From positions 939,652 to 1,003,651 of the forward strand of contig NW_005434658.1 of the NCBI RefSeq assembly GCF_000315625.1: DNA of 64,000 bases, written 5' to 3'. Origin of the DNA: Guillardia theta CCMP2712 (lineage: Eukaryota > Protista > Cryptophyta). Positions within the stretch are counted from its first letter, which is position 1. Every line of letters starts with the position of its first letter. Below are positions 34,185 through 47,424 of this stretch, one piece after another. The notes under the pieces are model-generated. The model was given only the letters and a program-made list of their open reading frames with translations. It was not told the origin of the DNA and did no database searches. A program made the position numbers and the translations under genes.

Positions 34185-34875
34185 GGTCCTCCGTCTCCTT
34201 CTCCTCCTGTTCCTCAACCCTCCTCGTGCTGTGCGGAACCCATCATGGCGTGTTACCGGTCGGAACCTAGCGGGTTTCGTTAATTTAATTCCATTTAGCT
34301 CTCTTTATTTCGAACAAGTACATGAGCTGAATTATTATTTGAACTCGAAAATCGAGCTGCGATTGATTTTTTAAAAAAAGGATGAGCTCTTTGAGTTTGT
34401 CTTCCCGCGCAAATGGCCCGCTCTCTGTTCAGAGTTGTTCTAGTGCGAGGGAGGTTGAGGGGAAGGGAGGTGGTGGAGGAGGGAGACAGGAAGAGGCAGA
34501 GTAGCAACTCGGGAGAGGTAGGACAGGTGTGGAGGTATGGTGAGGGAGGGAGAGGTACAACAGTCAGCACGAGCGAAGCGGATGCGAATACAGAGAGGGA
34601 AGAGAATCCTCTGATAGGAGTGGGATGTACACAAGAGAAACGAAAAGGTGATACTGCAATTGGATCAAAACAAAGATGTTGGCTCTTGGGCTAATGCGAG
34701 AAACAGGCGAAGAACAATATTTGTTGTAATAGAACCCTAAATCCTGTGAACAAAGATGCCCGACGTCGCAGAGTATATTTGGAGGGACTTACTCTTGCGC
34801 TTCAGGTGAAACAGGTTTACAAAAGAAATCAAATTGGTATTAGTCTGGTTGTTCTCCCTTGGTAAACTCGGCACT

Positions 34876-35738
34876 ATGGCTGCACCTTCAGAAACGAAGG
34901 AGTTGTATGGAATCAAACAAAATGGAGAGATGTGCTTTTCTGCAAAAGAATTAGAATTCCTTGCCGAAGATGAAATGATAGAAATTATTCCACGTTTTTC
35001 GTTTCAAGAAATAGGACTCTTGTCTGGAAGCATTGGACCTTTTCAGGTGATTCGATGGTTGACTTGCCAACTTCCTTGGCTCTCCTGATTGTCCTGTGTG
35101 TTGTCAGCCGATGGTTCCTGTCCAAGTACCCTTGTGGCTGGCATTGAAGTTGCATGAAAGACAGGTCAGAACACCTCAACTGGAGCTGTGACAAAGTTGA
35201 GCAGTTGTTTTCTAGATGTGCAAAGTACAGCTGCCGGCTTGGCTTCATCATGATGAATTAGTAGAGAGGAAACGGGAAGAAGAAGCCGAGAAAGAGAACA
35301 AGTACCTTACGCCCATTGAGTTCCACTATCAGGAGATTGCGACAATTTTGTTTCGTAGAGCTCCCGATAGCTTCGCGGGACAGGAAGGTGAACGAAGATT
35401 GCTTATTGATTTTCACTTGACATGATATTGGGACAGGAAATTCCCGCATTCAAGTGAAAGACATCGAAGAGCTCAGAGACTCAAAGATTCACACATCTTT
35501 GCGGGATCTTGAACAATATACCCCTGCGGTAAAGATTGCCAACGTCAGCGCCATGGAAATCAATAAGTGAGGAAACAAAAAAAATTGACTTCCACCATTG
35601 TAACTGCATGCATTTGGGTGTAGGATCAGACCTTTCCTCGTGCAAGCTTTGAACAGGTTTCGAACTCTCAAAGAAGCTGAAGACCAATTTGGAGAAAGCT
35701 CTCAAACGGTTATCGATTCACAGGACGGAGGCTTGTAA
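34876..35738 (+). CDS. GINS2: GINS complex subunit Psf2, about 5 exons
   Basis: ELEFLAEDEMIEIIPRF...GPF|PMVPVQVPLWLALKL|CKVQLPAWL...FHYQEIA...KDIEELRDSKI...MEIN|IRPFL. Confidence 0.93.
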
Positions 35739-35799
35739 GTCAAGTGGCTACTCTGCATTTCAGGACGATTTTCGATGCTTCGGTCTTGTGTATCATGTT

Positions 35800-37058
35800 T
35801 TATTTAATTTGAAGATTCCCTTCTACCCACTCTATCAATCTAGTTTTTCTTGTTCTCGAAGAAGAAAAGAAGTACAATTTTGCAGAGCATGGTAGGTTCT
35901 GTGAAGCGAGCAGCTGTAGGGCATCGATGACTAGGCAGGTTCGAAGCTCCAGCGGCAGCTCCGTAACTTGGTCGAGAACAGGAGGATTGGTGACAATTCC
36001 AAAGCGAATGATGAACCATGCAGCCACCGTGTCCTTGCTGTCATTCACCAGCCCCACTTGCTCTTTCATGGCATGACATGCGGCGGCGTCAGAATCGAAC
36101 AAGCAAGCGTACGAGAGATTTTCAGGGACCGGACGGAAAATCTCCTTTTGACCCCTCGGGCCCACCAGCAGTCCAGCCATGCACTGCGTGAGTGAACCAT
36201 TCACATTCCAAGAGAGAGGATGACCCATGTTGTCTAGCATGGATTGAAGTAACCCTTGCATGACGCTCGCTTGTACGGTGATGGTCTGGGAGGCTTGACT
36301 TGCTCGCTGCGGTTCTCTGTATCCAGAATTTGATGCCAGGAGTTTGTAGAGAGCGATCGATCTCGACAAGTTGAGTTCGTCGTCATCTGAAATCGAAAGT
36401 CCTCCCTCAGTACAAAAATCTTCATCCGGGCTGAGGAGGTAATCATCTCGAATGTCAACATCTCCAGTTTGTTCTTCCACATTGCCCGGATCCTGATGCT
36501 GTTCCTGAGTCTGCTCCTGTGCCTGTGCCTGCTTCGTTTCTCTTCTCTTCATATCTTCAGCATCCGAAGGAATTGAAGTCCTCTCCTCCTTGTTTGATTT
36601 CAACGTTCCTTCTTCAAATCCAACCTGTTGTTGACATTCTTGTTCGCAACTCTGTTTGTTCAACTCATTGCTTGACAACTCATTGCTTGACAACTCTGAT
36701 GTCTTCGTTGACTCCCTCTGAGCTGCTTTCCTGCAACGAGGTGTTCAGCACACACGGGAATAACAGAGCAGAAACCGGCAAGAGATTCTCAAAATTACCT
36801 TGAAGAGGTCAAGCTCGGGTAAACATGCTCCGATCGTTCAACACCAACATTTCCAATCCCCGTCACGCAGGGATCTCCATTGATTCCATCTCTTCGTCTC
36901 GCTGTGCTGCTGGTCGAGACGTCTTTCGCTCTCTCGCTGAAGTCAGGATGGTCCCGCTTGCACGGATGTTTCGGGTCACCAGAGCGAACTAGAAATGTCA
37001 TGATGCCTGTCTCATGAAACGCTCTCAAGCATTCGTCCGTGCTCGTGCCCTCCATGAA
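35800..37058 (-). CDS. Hypothetical protein with acidic N-terminus and a possible inactive MPN-like domain
   Basis: 297-aa ORF plus upstream exon; ITVQASVM...MAGLLVG...VAAWF pattern. Confidence 0.45.
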
Positions 37059-37290
37059 TATCGGCCATGATTCAACATTCCTCCTCCTAGCATCTTCCCA
37101 CCTTCTTCTCCCGACCATCTCTTCCTCCCGCCACATCTCTTCTTCTCTGTTGGCAAAATCTTCTCCTTCTCTCCTCCTCCTCTCGAAGTGCTGCCTCCAC
37201 CATACCCCCCTCCATCCCTGCAGCCTCCCTGCCATTGCGAAGAGGGATCAGGTCCGCCTCAGACAAACAGAAAGTGTCGGGAAACTTGCT

Positions 37291-40200
37291 ATGGTGCGGG
37301 GGACTGCTCTGCTGATAGCCACAGCGATGTCGCTGCTGCTGGCGCTAGAGGGGAGGGAGGAGGGAGGGAGGGAGCGAGCGATGAGATCGGAAGAGAAATG
37401 TCCCCAGCAGGCGTTGAAACGAGTCGGATGGGCGGGAGGGAGGCCGAGTGACGAGCATCTTGCGAAAGCAGCCCTGCAGCTCAGCGACGCCGGGCAACGA
37501 GATCGAGCGATGGGATGCATCAAGGTCGCTCTCAACGACCACCCGAGGTCGCAGTGGGGACATGCTGCGCTCGGACTAATGCTCGAGGGAAAGGAGGCAG
37601 ATGCCTCGCTTGCCGAGGCAAGAAAGTTCGGAAGATCCCTTGTGAAGAGCAGGACGTGGGAGGTTTTAGGTCCCTTTCCTGCAGGGAAGATGGAGCTAGA
37701 TGGCGACCCCGTCACGTCTCCTATCTATGGAGGAGTTGAGAATGCCAGGAAGTCGGATCGCAAGCGATTCGCGTCAGAGTACGCGGAAGGCGGATTCGTC
37801 AGGTGGCAGACCAGGACAGTTGAGCCAGAGGCAGGGATGATGGAGCTATCCTTCCCAGAGGTCAACTGGAACAAACTTGTCCAGCTCACCAACTCTGTGA
37901 GTCTTTCATCCTCGTTGCTCTTACCCTTCACCTCGTGGTGTTTCCTATTCTCCTCTTCCTCTCCCGACGTCCTCTCCAGCCTCGCTCTCTACCTGCTCAT
38001 GTTCTGACTGCAGATGCCGATATTGGAGTGGCAAGCTTGGGTTGCCGTCGACTTTCTCCTCCTCGAGGACATCAAGGTTCGCATCTCGTGCATGGGTGTG
38101 CACTCCTTCTCTGTGGACAAGGTGGGCACCCCGTGGTATGCGGGCGACATCTACAGGAGTGGGACCTTGTGGACGGTGCTGGAGCTGAGGAGGGGGCGAC
38201 ACACTGTGTACATGAAGGTGAAGGCCAAGATCTCGACGCACGTGCAGGTTCAGATCCTGACGGTCGACGGGGACAAGAAGTTCGAGGTCTTCAGCCCTAA
38301 GTGGATGCCCGATGTGATCGACGGGAAATTCTTCGGCGTCGGCTATGGAGCGATTCAAATTCTCAACTTAGATTCCAAATCGTTCCTTTCAGACATTCAA
38401 ATCTCAGTCGCAAAGTCGTCTTCCTCGCTGTTCAGCACTGGAAAACCGACTGTTGCGGTCGTTGAGGTACCATAACCTTCTCTTGACCGTCGTTGATCCT
38501 TGCGACAGCATACATCCTTGCCAGCGATCAAAAGCGTCGCGCCCAGTCAAACTCTTGCTCTCCAGTTCGCGATGGAAGTCGTGGACGGAGGACAAGGCGG
38601 GCAGCGGTGCCCCTCCTCGTTCCGCGTTGAGATCAGGGCAAGGGTGGAAAGCAAGGAGTTCACAGTGACATCGGAGACTATCAGCGTTCGATGCCGGGAG
38701 AAGGTGGAGGAAGGAAAAATGGTTGAGGGCGAGTGAGACTTGCAAGCAGGAGAATCAGAGTTTCATCATGTCGTTTGTGGATCACGATGGCTCCGTCCAA
38801 CACGCTGCAGTGGTTCCTCCTCTCAAGAGCTGCGAGCTGTAAACGACTGCGAGCTGTCAGAGGTTTTTGTTCATTGCTCATGCAGAGGGAGAGCTGGGGG
38901 AAGAGCGGACGGGAAGTGCCCTGTCGTCTTGTCCATGCACGGCACAGGCGTGAAAGCCAACGACCAGGCGGATGCCTACAAGTTGGAGGTGTACTCTCCT
39001 GCTGGGTTCTAAGAGCTGTGGAGGAGCAGGACGGGTGAAGGGAGAGGAGGAGATCGAAGAGGGGAGGGGTAATAGAGGAAGGGGAGGGGTAGAGAAAGGG
39101 TAGTGGAGAGGGGGAAGGAGGTATGGTGTTGATGTGTTGGGGTACTAAGGAGACCAAGCTGGTACTGAGCAACTGAGACGAGCAGGTCAAGAAAGACGTC
39201 TGGGAGTTCGGTGTGCGAGGAGCATGGGTTCTCGCGCCCACGAGGCATGGGGCGCACAACTGGGAGAGCAGCGGCATGCTGTCCTCGCTCTCGGCGTTGG
39301 ATGCCTTGGCGAAAATCACAGAGGTTGTAAGGAGGAGGAGGAGGAGGAGGAGGAGGAGGAGGAGGAGGAGGAGGAGGAGGAGGAGGAGGAGGCTGAATTC
39401 AAAACAGGCTGGATGGAATAAGTTTCTCCCAGCAGACCCATCTAGGTGAAAAATCAGCTGGAGGTTGTGGACCGCAAACTTGTTTGTAGGATCATCTTCG
39501 CGGGTCACTCGATGGGGGGTCATGGCGCATGGCATATCTCCACTCACTTCCCCGACAAGGCTCTTGCTGTCGTCACTGCCGCCGGATGGATGAGGAAGGA
39601 GGTGGGAGGGTAGGGAAAGAGAGGAGGAAGGAAGGGGAGGAAGAGGAGGAGGGGAAGAGAGGAGCACAGGAGGAAGAGAAGGGAAGAGAAGAGAAGTGGG
39701 GGAGAGGAGAAGGGTAGGAATGGGAGGAGGAGAGGGGAGGAGGGGCAGGTAAGGAAGGATGGGAAGGATGGGAAGGATGGGAAGGATTGGATACTAGATC
39801 AGGAGAGGCAAGAAAAGGGGAGTGTCTGAATATGTTTGACTTGTCAGTATTATGGGGATTCCAATGTACTCTTCGAACATGATATCTGCACATCATACGT
39901 CGATGCGCAGCTCAAGGTATTTCATTTCTCAATTCATCTCTTGATGAACAGCAGAGGTCAAGCAGCATGATTGTCGTCTTCTTTCATTTGTTCGTACTGC
40001 GTGAATTCTCACTTTCTTTCTTCTCTCCCACCATGTCTTGTTCCCCTGCAGGCGATCTTTGAATCCTCAGTCGTCGAATCCTACGTCGATCTGCTTGCTC
40101 CGAACCTTAAGGGCATCCCGATCCTCGCTAGGATTGGGCAGGAGGTGTAGAGGAGAGGCAAGGGGAGGAGGAGAACTCAAGTGCGGTCAGGACCGAGCAG

Positions 40201-40865
40201 TTCCTCCATGGCAGCAGAGGAGGATGATGAGAATCTTAGAAGAAGGAGGGGCGACTGTGGTGTGGGAGGAAATTCCTGGGAAGGAGCACTGGTGGAAGGA
40301 GGAGACGCGGGTCGGCGCTCCCTGATCCCTCCTGCAGGTGGTGGGACACGGAGAAGCAGAGCGATGGGGGATGCATCAACGACGACAACATGCGCGCGTT
40401 CTTTGCAGCAGTCCTGCACAACACATCCCTCCCTGTCGTTGACTACTCTATGAGCGGGACAAAGTCGAAGAGCAGGAAGAAGAAGCTCAAGGTGCCGAGC
40501 TCTGGATTCCTGGACGAGGAGAGCGAGTTTGTGGCTTCCCTTCCTCCTGCCCCTCATGTCTGTGAAGTTTCGCTCGTTCATGGTTTGACCCCATTACAGG
40601 AATTTGACTTGATCGTCATGAACCCGGCGAGTCAAGGTGACTCTCTTACCCTCCTCCTCTTTCTGATGCGTCAAGAGGTGCCCGCGGAGGCTTGAGGGTG
40701 TTGCAGGTGAGGATGGAAGTAGAACTGACTGAAGGAGGAGATGAGGAAGAGGAGGGGAGGTTTAGATGTATGCTGTGTTGCTGTTGTAGCAGAAGAAGCA
40801 GGGCAGGGCAGGGCAGGGCAGGGCAGGGCAGGGCAGAGCAGAGCAGAGCAGAGCAGAGCAGAGCA

Positions 40866-40905
<40 letters not shown>

Positions 40906-42192
40906 GAAGGGATAATATTGAAGTGTGTTGTACTTTCAGCTTCATCGTCCTTTCGCTCAAGGGAGAATATCTGTTAAACTTGCTAACGACACTTGGATCT
41001 TGAAGACAAGAAACATTCGTCGGTAAATCATTGATTAGAACGATGATGATCGTTTTTTGTTATTGTTATTATTGTTGTTACTGTAGTTGTTCATGCATAT
41101 GTGTTGTTGTTTATGGTGCTGGTGGCATTGATGGTGATAGAAATGATGTTCAAGACATTGATAGGATGATGAAGGTATTTCTGACTCGTTGCAAACAGGT
41201 TTGCCTTCGAGAAAAGTGCTGCAACCCCTCACCGCCTTCACTTCTTTCAACGAGATGTTCTTGTCGACGGCATCTTATTCTCAGCTTCTGATCCGCATGA
41301 GTCAGTCGAGGCGCTAGTCAGCTCCTCCCAGCACCTCTGCTCCGACCCCTTGTCAAACAGCAAGTGGAGGAGGTGCCGGGAAGATGAGATGTTGTCAAAA
41401 CCTGCTGCACAGCTGTTTCCAGCTGAGAAGGGGCCGGATACTTATGGACCAGCTCGACTTGTGGCGGAGTCTCCTTTCTTTTTTGTTGTTGGTGGGCAGA
41501 AGGAGGAATGCGAGGCGAGCAAGGGAGGTCAGGAGATGAAATGTTTGTTTGTTTGTTTGTTTGTTTGTTTGTTTGTTTGTTTGTTTGTTTGTTTGTTTGC
41601 TTGCTTGCTCTTTATGCTGCTGTAGTCCTTTGCACTCTCGAATAACGATTTTGTGTCGTTGCATCAATTTTTGTAGTTTCTTCTACCTCTATGGATCTCG
41701 TTCCAACAGAATCACCTCTGTTATTTCTGATTGTCATGATATGAGCTGGTCCTTATCATCTCGACGTTGATGACTCTGACAGCAGCTGACGGCAACTGTT
41801 CTCGTCAACCTTCGCTGTCACATCTCATGCTGAGCGGTGCCGTCTACCTCGCCAACCTTCATCACTCTGCTGCCGACGCGAACCCGCAGATCCTGCTAGA
41901 CGAGCAAGTCACAGACAGCATGAGAGCAGGCGCAAACCTCATCCTCTTCGGCTCCCCCAAGGACAACAAGGTCGTCCGTCACTACCAGCAGCAGGTTTCT
42001 TCCTGCTCCCTCCCGTCCTCCTCCTTTCCTCTGCTCCTCTCCTCTTCCCTCGCCTCCTCATCCTCTTGTTTCCAGGGCCTCCTTCCTGTTCGCTTTGGTC
42101 CCATGGCAGCAGCAGCAAATCTTCCGGAGGTTCCTGACGGCGCCTTCGCCATCGGCAAGTGCATGTAAGCCGCATCAGCTCTTGCTCCTGCG

Positions 42193-42227
<35 letters not shown>

Positions 42228-42868
42228 CTATGTTCCTGCTCCTCATATTCTTCTCCTCAGCTTTCAAGGCCCGTCGGTCGGGGTCATCTTCACGTTTCCT
42301 CTTCGCAAGGGCCTGTCTGTCGGCGATGCTCGGGCAGGAGCGCTAGGGCTCGTGATAGGTGAAGCACGTGCTGTCCTCCAGTGACTGATGGCGGGGCTGC
42401 AGTGGGAGCAGACGAGGATGGTCTGAGGGATGTGCTGTCCTTAGGGTGAGCTGAAGCCCTTCCTCCTTCCTCTCCTCCTTGCCTCCCTCTGCTCTCCTCT
42501 GATCATCTTTGAGCAGGCAGCCGACAATCCCCCCCATGGTTCGTCCCCCCTACGCCAACATGCAGCCAGACTTCGTTGTGACTGGCCCAGAGCTCACGTG
42601 GAAAGGAATAGGTCGTTTCCTTGCGCTTGCCCTACCCTCCTATAGCCTCCCTTGTACTCCTTGTGCTGCTCATCTGCCTTGAGGCCATATCCCTTCATTC
42701 GTCTTCTTCTGCTCGCGACGTTCATCCTCTCTTCACCTTCTCTCTCCCTCCCTCGCTCCCTCCCTCGCTCTCTGACTTGCTGCAGGTGGTGTCCTTGCAA
42801 GCGGCTACTGGGGAAACAGCTGGGAGTTTCTTCCCGAGAGCTCATACAGCATAGATCCTTGCGCGTGA
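37291..42868 (+). CDS. Secreted alpha/beta-hydrolase (peptidase S9-like) with N-terminal TPR-like helices, many exons
   Basis: Signal peptide; PVVLSMHGTGV, APTRHGAHNWE, nucleophile GHSMGGHGAW, DRAVPP and GKEHWW triad motifs; ends GYWGNSW...CA-stop. Confidence 0.82.
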
Positions 42869-42944
42869 GAGAGTGATAGCAAGCGACAAGACAACACTAG
42901 AGAGGAATGGAGACTCTTTCAGCTGCTGCTCCCGGTCTAATCTT

Positions 42945-43500
42945 TCACTCTTGAACCGATCTCGTACTCTCTCCCTCAAGCCCTTGCTCCCCATACCTCC
43001 CCATCCCCCGCATAATCAGCTCCTTCAGCGCAGCATCCCGGTACACCTTGTTTCCTGCTCCTGATGCAAGAGCATGTACAATCATCATGTCCTGCCCACG
43101 TGTCAGCTGAGCACGCGTTGTCGTCAGAGTGACCTGCATCGCCAGCGGGTCTTTCCTATGAGCAAGCGCATTCACAAGTATCTCGGCGACAGCCGCCACC
43201 TGCTTAATTCCTTCCTCCTGCTACGCCGTCAGTCACACTGCCATGCATCCTTCTGAACCACCTGCGAGTCTTTCCCCGCCGCGCCGTCGCCATCCTCCCG
43301 CACGCGCTTGGATGGGGAGCGGAAGGAATCGCGGAGTACCTGGCATGTCGTGAGGAGGGAGAGAGGGGGAAAGAGCATGATCGTCGCTTCACCTTCATCA
43401 GGTTTCGCTTCCCCGCCTCGTCCTGCACCGGTATGAACTTGATCAGCCGCATGACCGCCCTCACGGCGCTACGCATCTCCGACATTCCGCCTGCTCGGTT
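42945..43500 (-). CDS. Small multi-exon hypothetical protein (weak LYR-like pattern)
   Basis: Coding-like segments bounded by GT/AG (SAVRAVMRLIKFIP...LRDSFR); structure uncertain. Confidence 0.3.
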
Positions 43501-43586
43501 GACGATAGTGAGGGGTGGTTGGTAAAAGAGAAAAGGAGGGTAGGGGTGGTGAAAATAACAAGACAACTGGCAACAAACAAAGGGGA

Positions 43587-43922
43587 GAAGAGAGGGAAGG
43601 AGAAGTACAAGAAGAGAGGGGAGGAGAAGTACAAGAAGAGAGGGAAGGAGAAGTACAAGAAGAGAGGGAAGGAGAAATACAAGAAGAGAGGGAAGGAGAA
43701 GTACAAGAAGAGAGGGAAGGAGAAGTACAAGAAGAGAGGGAAGGAGAAGTACAAGAAGAGAGGGAAGGAGAAGTACAAGAAGAGAGGGAAGGAGAAGTAC
43801 AAGAAGAGAGGGAAGAAGAAGTACAAGAAGAGAGGGAAGAAGAAGTACAAGAAGAGAGGGAAGGAGAAGTACAAGAAGAGAGGGAAGGAGAAGTACAAGA
43901 AGAGAGGGAAGGAGAAGTACAA
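43587..43922. repeat. 24-bp purine-rich minisatellite (GAAGAGAGGGAAGGAGAAGTACAA) x14
   Basis: Direct reading. Confidence 0.95.
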
Positions 43923-44076
43923 GGAAATAAAGGTCGGCACGCAGACAAAAAAGAAGTCAAGAAGAGGGTGGAGCTGAACAAGAATCACAAACAACAAGAC
44001 CGAAAGAACAAGATCAGGGACAGAGGAAGGTTTGAGGGACCCATCAGTTCTCCTCTACTTCCTTCCTCTACATCTC

Positions 44077-45152
44077 ATGTCAGGAAAGGTTGTTGTCCTT
44101 GACTTCTTGACCAATGGAGCTGGTCTGGATCTAGCAGCTGCCGTCCTCCTTGTCGACGCCTTCATTCAGTCTGGCAGGACAACGTCCTCGAGCATATTCG
44201 CAACAACCGACCAGGAGCTCAAGGAGATAGTGAGCAAACCTGCTCAGCGCAAGAAGATTCTTGCTGCCATCAGGAAGGGTCCTCAGATCCTCAAGGCCAA
44301 GGAGGAGCCCAACAAAAAGCGAGCAGCTGCCTCTGAGCCCGATGCCAAGATAGCTCGTCCCTCCCTGCTGCCTGTACAGGCCCTTCATGGCGTCGTTCGC
44401 GTGAATCGCTCGCCCGTCATGATCCTGTGGGGAGCTGTAGTAGCCAACGTGGTGAACGAGCTGGAGTGGGAGGAGAGCTTGTCTCTCAGCAGCGTCGTAG
44501 CGAGCCTCAACGCTAAGGTGCTGCGTCAGTCTTGATCGAGAGCGCTCTGACCCTGAGGCAGGCCAAGGCTGCGAGGATATGGGGAGAAGGCAAGAGGGAG
44601 GAGGGCAAAAGCGTGGAGGAGGGACCAGTCCAAGAGGTCCGTCTGCTGGGAAGGAGCGTGACTGCTTGCTCGACGTTCATGGGGCTACGAGGCTGTCTGG
44701 ACGGGCAGCCGGTGCATCCGAAATCACCAGCGGACAGGTTGAAGCAAGCCTTTCCTGGACAGCAGCTGGACATTGTGTTCAGTGCGATGGCGCTGTTGGC
44801 AGAGGACCGCAAGGAAGAGATCCTGAGCGACAGTCACCGCGCGTATAGCCTCTACGAGCAGTTCCGGCCCTCCATCGCCGACGGAGCAGCTGGCTGGGGA
44901 GCAGCCGGGGACTTGAACGTGAACCTCATTCTCCAGCTTCGCAAGGTCACAGCTGGAGAGGGAGGGGAGGTGGTGGTGAATGCCGGGGCGCTGGGGAAGG
45001 AGCATCTGCTGGACGAACTGCAGGCAGCGGCTGAAGGGGTCGAGATGGAGAAGCTGGAGGTGAGATACGGCAAGCAGGTCAACGAGTTAGTAGAGGAGCT
45101 GCAGCTAGAGGGGCTGGTGTACGAGAAGGAGGGGAGGATCTTTTGTTTGTAA
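44077..45152 (+). CDS. Uncharacterised conserved protein (VNRSPVMILW...YEQFRP...GWGAAG family) with SAM-like N-terminus and winged-helix-like C-terminus, 2 exons
   Basis: Two ORFs joined by a short GT-AG intron near 44518-44561; conserved motifs recognised from memory. Confidence 0.7.
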
Positions 45153-45309
45153 AGAGGGATGGGAGTGAGGTTCTTAACTCACTGAAAGTGAAGTCTGATC
45201 GCCTGATCCTGTGCTCGCATACTTTCGCTCATCACATCTTCTATTACCGTACTGGGAAATGGGTCAGAAAAAGGGTCACGGGGATATGATACAAACCAAA
45301 AGGTCTACA

Positions 45310-47148
45310 GCTCTAAACCGAGCAAGATGTCCTTCAGCTTTGGCTTCTCATCCTTCTTCCTTCCGAGCTTGAAGGGCATCGGCCTGCCGTCTGTCTCAGT
45401 CGCCGACGTTCCATGGAGAAACTCACTTCTTGAAGTGCGGGTTCACAAAGTCGTCGAGGAAACCGAAAGAAGTATCCTCAGGGAACCCCCACACGCTGAG
45501 ATGATGATTTTGTCTCGCCAGCTCTGCCAGCCCTACCCAGTCCGTCAGCAAGCAGCACAGCAGGTTCAAACCTCCTCCTACTCAAGAACTCGGGGAGTTT
45601 CATTCCCATTCTCTTGTTGAAGTGATAGGCGTCCTCTGCTTCAACGTGTTCCTTCTTAACAGGCACGAAATTTGACCTGCGACAACATATGTATCATGCT
45701 TCTTGCCGCCTGCTCATGACATCGACATGTAGTCGGGACCCAAGAGATTGGAGTTGTCGCTCTCCAGAGATTCTGCTGCTTCCTGAAGAAAGAGCGTCAA
45801 GATTGTCATTTTGTTTCAATTCCTTCAAACTTACATCCTTCGTGTAAGGAACATCTTCAAGTCTTGGTCTGCATCAACGTCACACGGCGGATCTTGCGAA
45901 CCACCCTGGAACACCTTTGACCGGCATTGAGATCGGTAGACATGCCTTTTCTCCATCGATCCATTTGCCTTTGGAAGGTTTTGTCTGATCGGCGCCCCTG
46001 CAAAGAGTCCTTTTCCAAATGGAAGCAAACATTCTGACCGTCATCGGTGCGGTAGGTAAAATCGTATTCTGAGAGCAGAAGCAAAAACGCATCAGGGCTG
46101 GTAGCAACAGACACACAGGCTCACTTATCTGCGGCTCCTCTTCCTTCTCTTCGACTTCGGACTTGCTCAAGTCACTGATTTCATTGGAAATCTCGTCAGG
46201 TTCGAGAGCACGGCGATGAGGGCCCGGGATGTACTCCAGGCTCAAGCTATCCTCCTTTAACTCCTCGCTTGTGTCCTCAGCTATTTCATCCTTCAACTTC
46301 GGTTGCTTTGAAATCACTGACTGTATGATGCCTGCGATTCGCCGCTGTAAGGGAGTCATGCTAGTTGATTTCCAGTCCCCTCGCTCAATCGCCTGCATCA
46401 CGACAGGGATTTCATTCTCAGCCAAAGGAGCTTGATCTTTCAGCTCCATCTGGAGTTTTTCAATGATGGACTTCATCAAATCAAACTTTGATCTGAAGTT
46501 TGCTTCCTTCAACTTCAACTTCTGTTTTGCCAACGCCTTCACCTTTCGTTTCTTCATCTTGTCTTCTTTCTTTTTTTGTTTTTTCTTGTGCCTCTTCTCC
46601 CTTCTCAACTCAGCCTTGGTCTTCTTGTCTTGGCGTGTTTTCTTTGGTTTCGAATCTTCGAACCGAATGTGCTTCCCCCTCGTCGGGGCCTCTGTCGTCT
46701 TTATGTTGTGCCTCGCGACATACTCGCCAGGTTTGAAACCCTTGGCCCGCAGTCCCTCCATTCGCTTCATTATTCGTTTTTCCGGTGTGTTGGTGAGTAC
46801 GGGCTCCAGGAGCTGCCTCACATCGTCCATGTACGCATCATAGTCCATCAAGTCTTCGGGCTCGGCGATCACCGGCCTTTCGAGCTTTGGTTGTTGCTTC
46901 ATCTGTGTAACCTGATGTTTCTTGCGAATAACTTTCTGCATCTTCTTGGCTCTGTCTGACTTCACTCGCTTCTCGTGGGGTCGCATCCTCTTCAAGGACG
47001 TCACCTTCTCCCCGCCACGCAGTCTGATACACATGCTGCGGTGACTCGCTGCAAGGTTCCAACAGGGAGAGACCGAGACAGCACACCAGGTCAGGAGGAC
47101 GGTGAGCCTCCCAAGGTTTTTGAGGGAGCATGAGCCAACACTCAGCAT
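45310..47148 (-). CDS. Hypothetical protein: signal-peptide-like leader, RLRGG motif, Lys-rich region; multi-exon
   Basis: Long first exon (ORF 45880..47148), further small exons ending ...LKDILLGLEL; 3' structure approximate. Confidence 0.6.
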
Positions 47149-47424
47149 GGCTGAGAGGAACGACGTCTGCTATCCCTGGTCGTCTGCTATCCCTGGTCCC
47201 GAACAAGAGGTTTCATCGATCAAATGTCCCTAGCAAACATATCTCTCAGTCTCATTGCCGCCTCCTCCCCCAACAACCTCACGCCCTAGTTTCCCCTTCA
47301 CTTCATCGAGCTATTCTCTCTTCTCGCCAGCTCCCCCAACCACACCCCCCAATCGTTTGTTAACTCTCTCGCTCTCTCGCTCTCTCCCTTTCCCCCGCCC
47401 CTATCTCTTGCTCACTCTCTTGCC

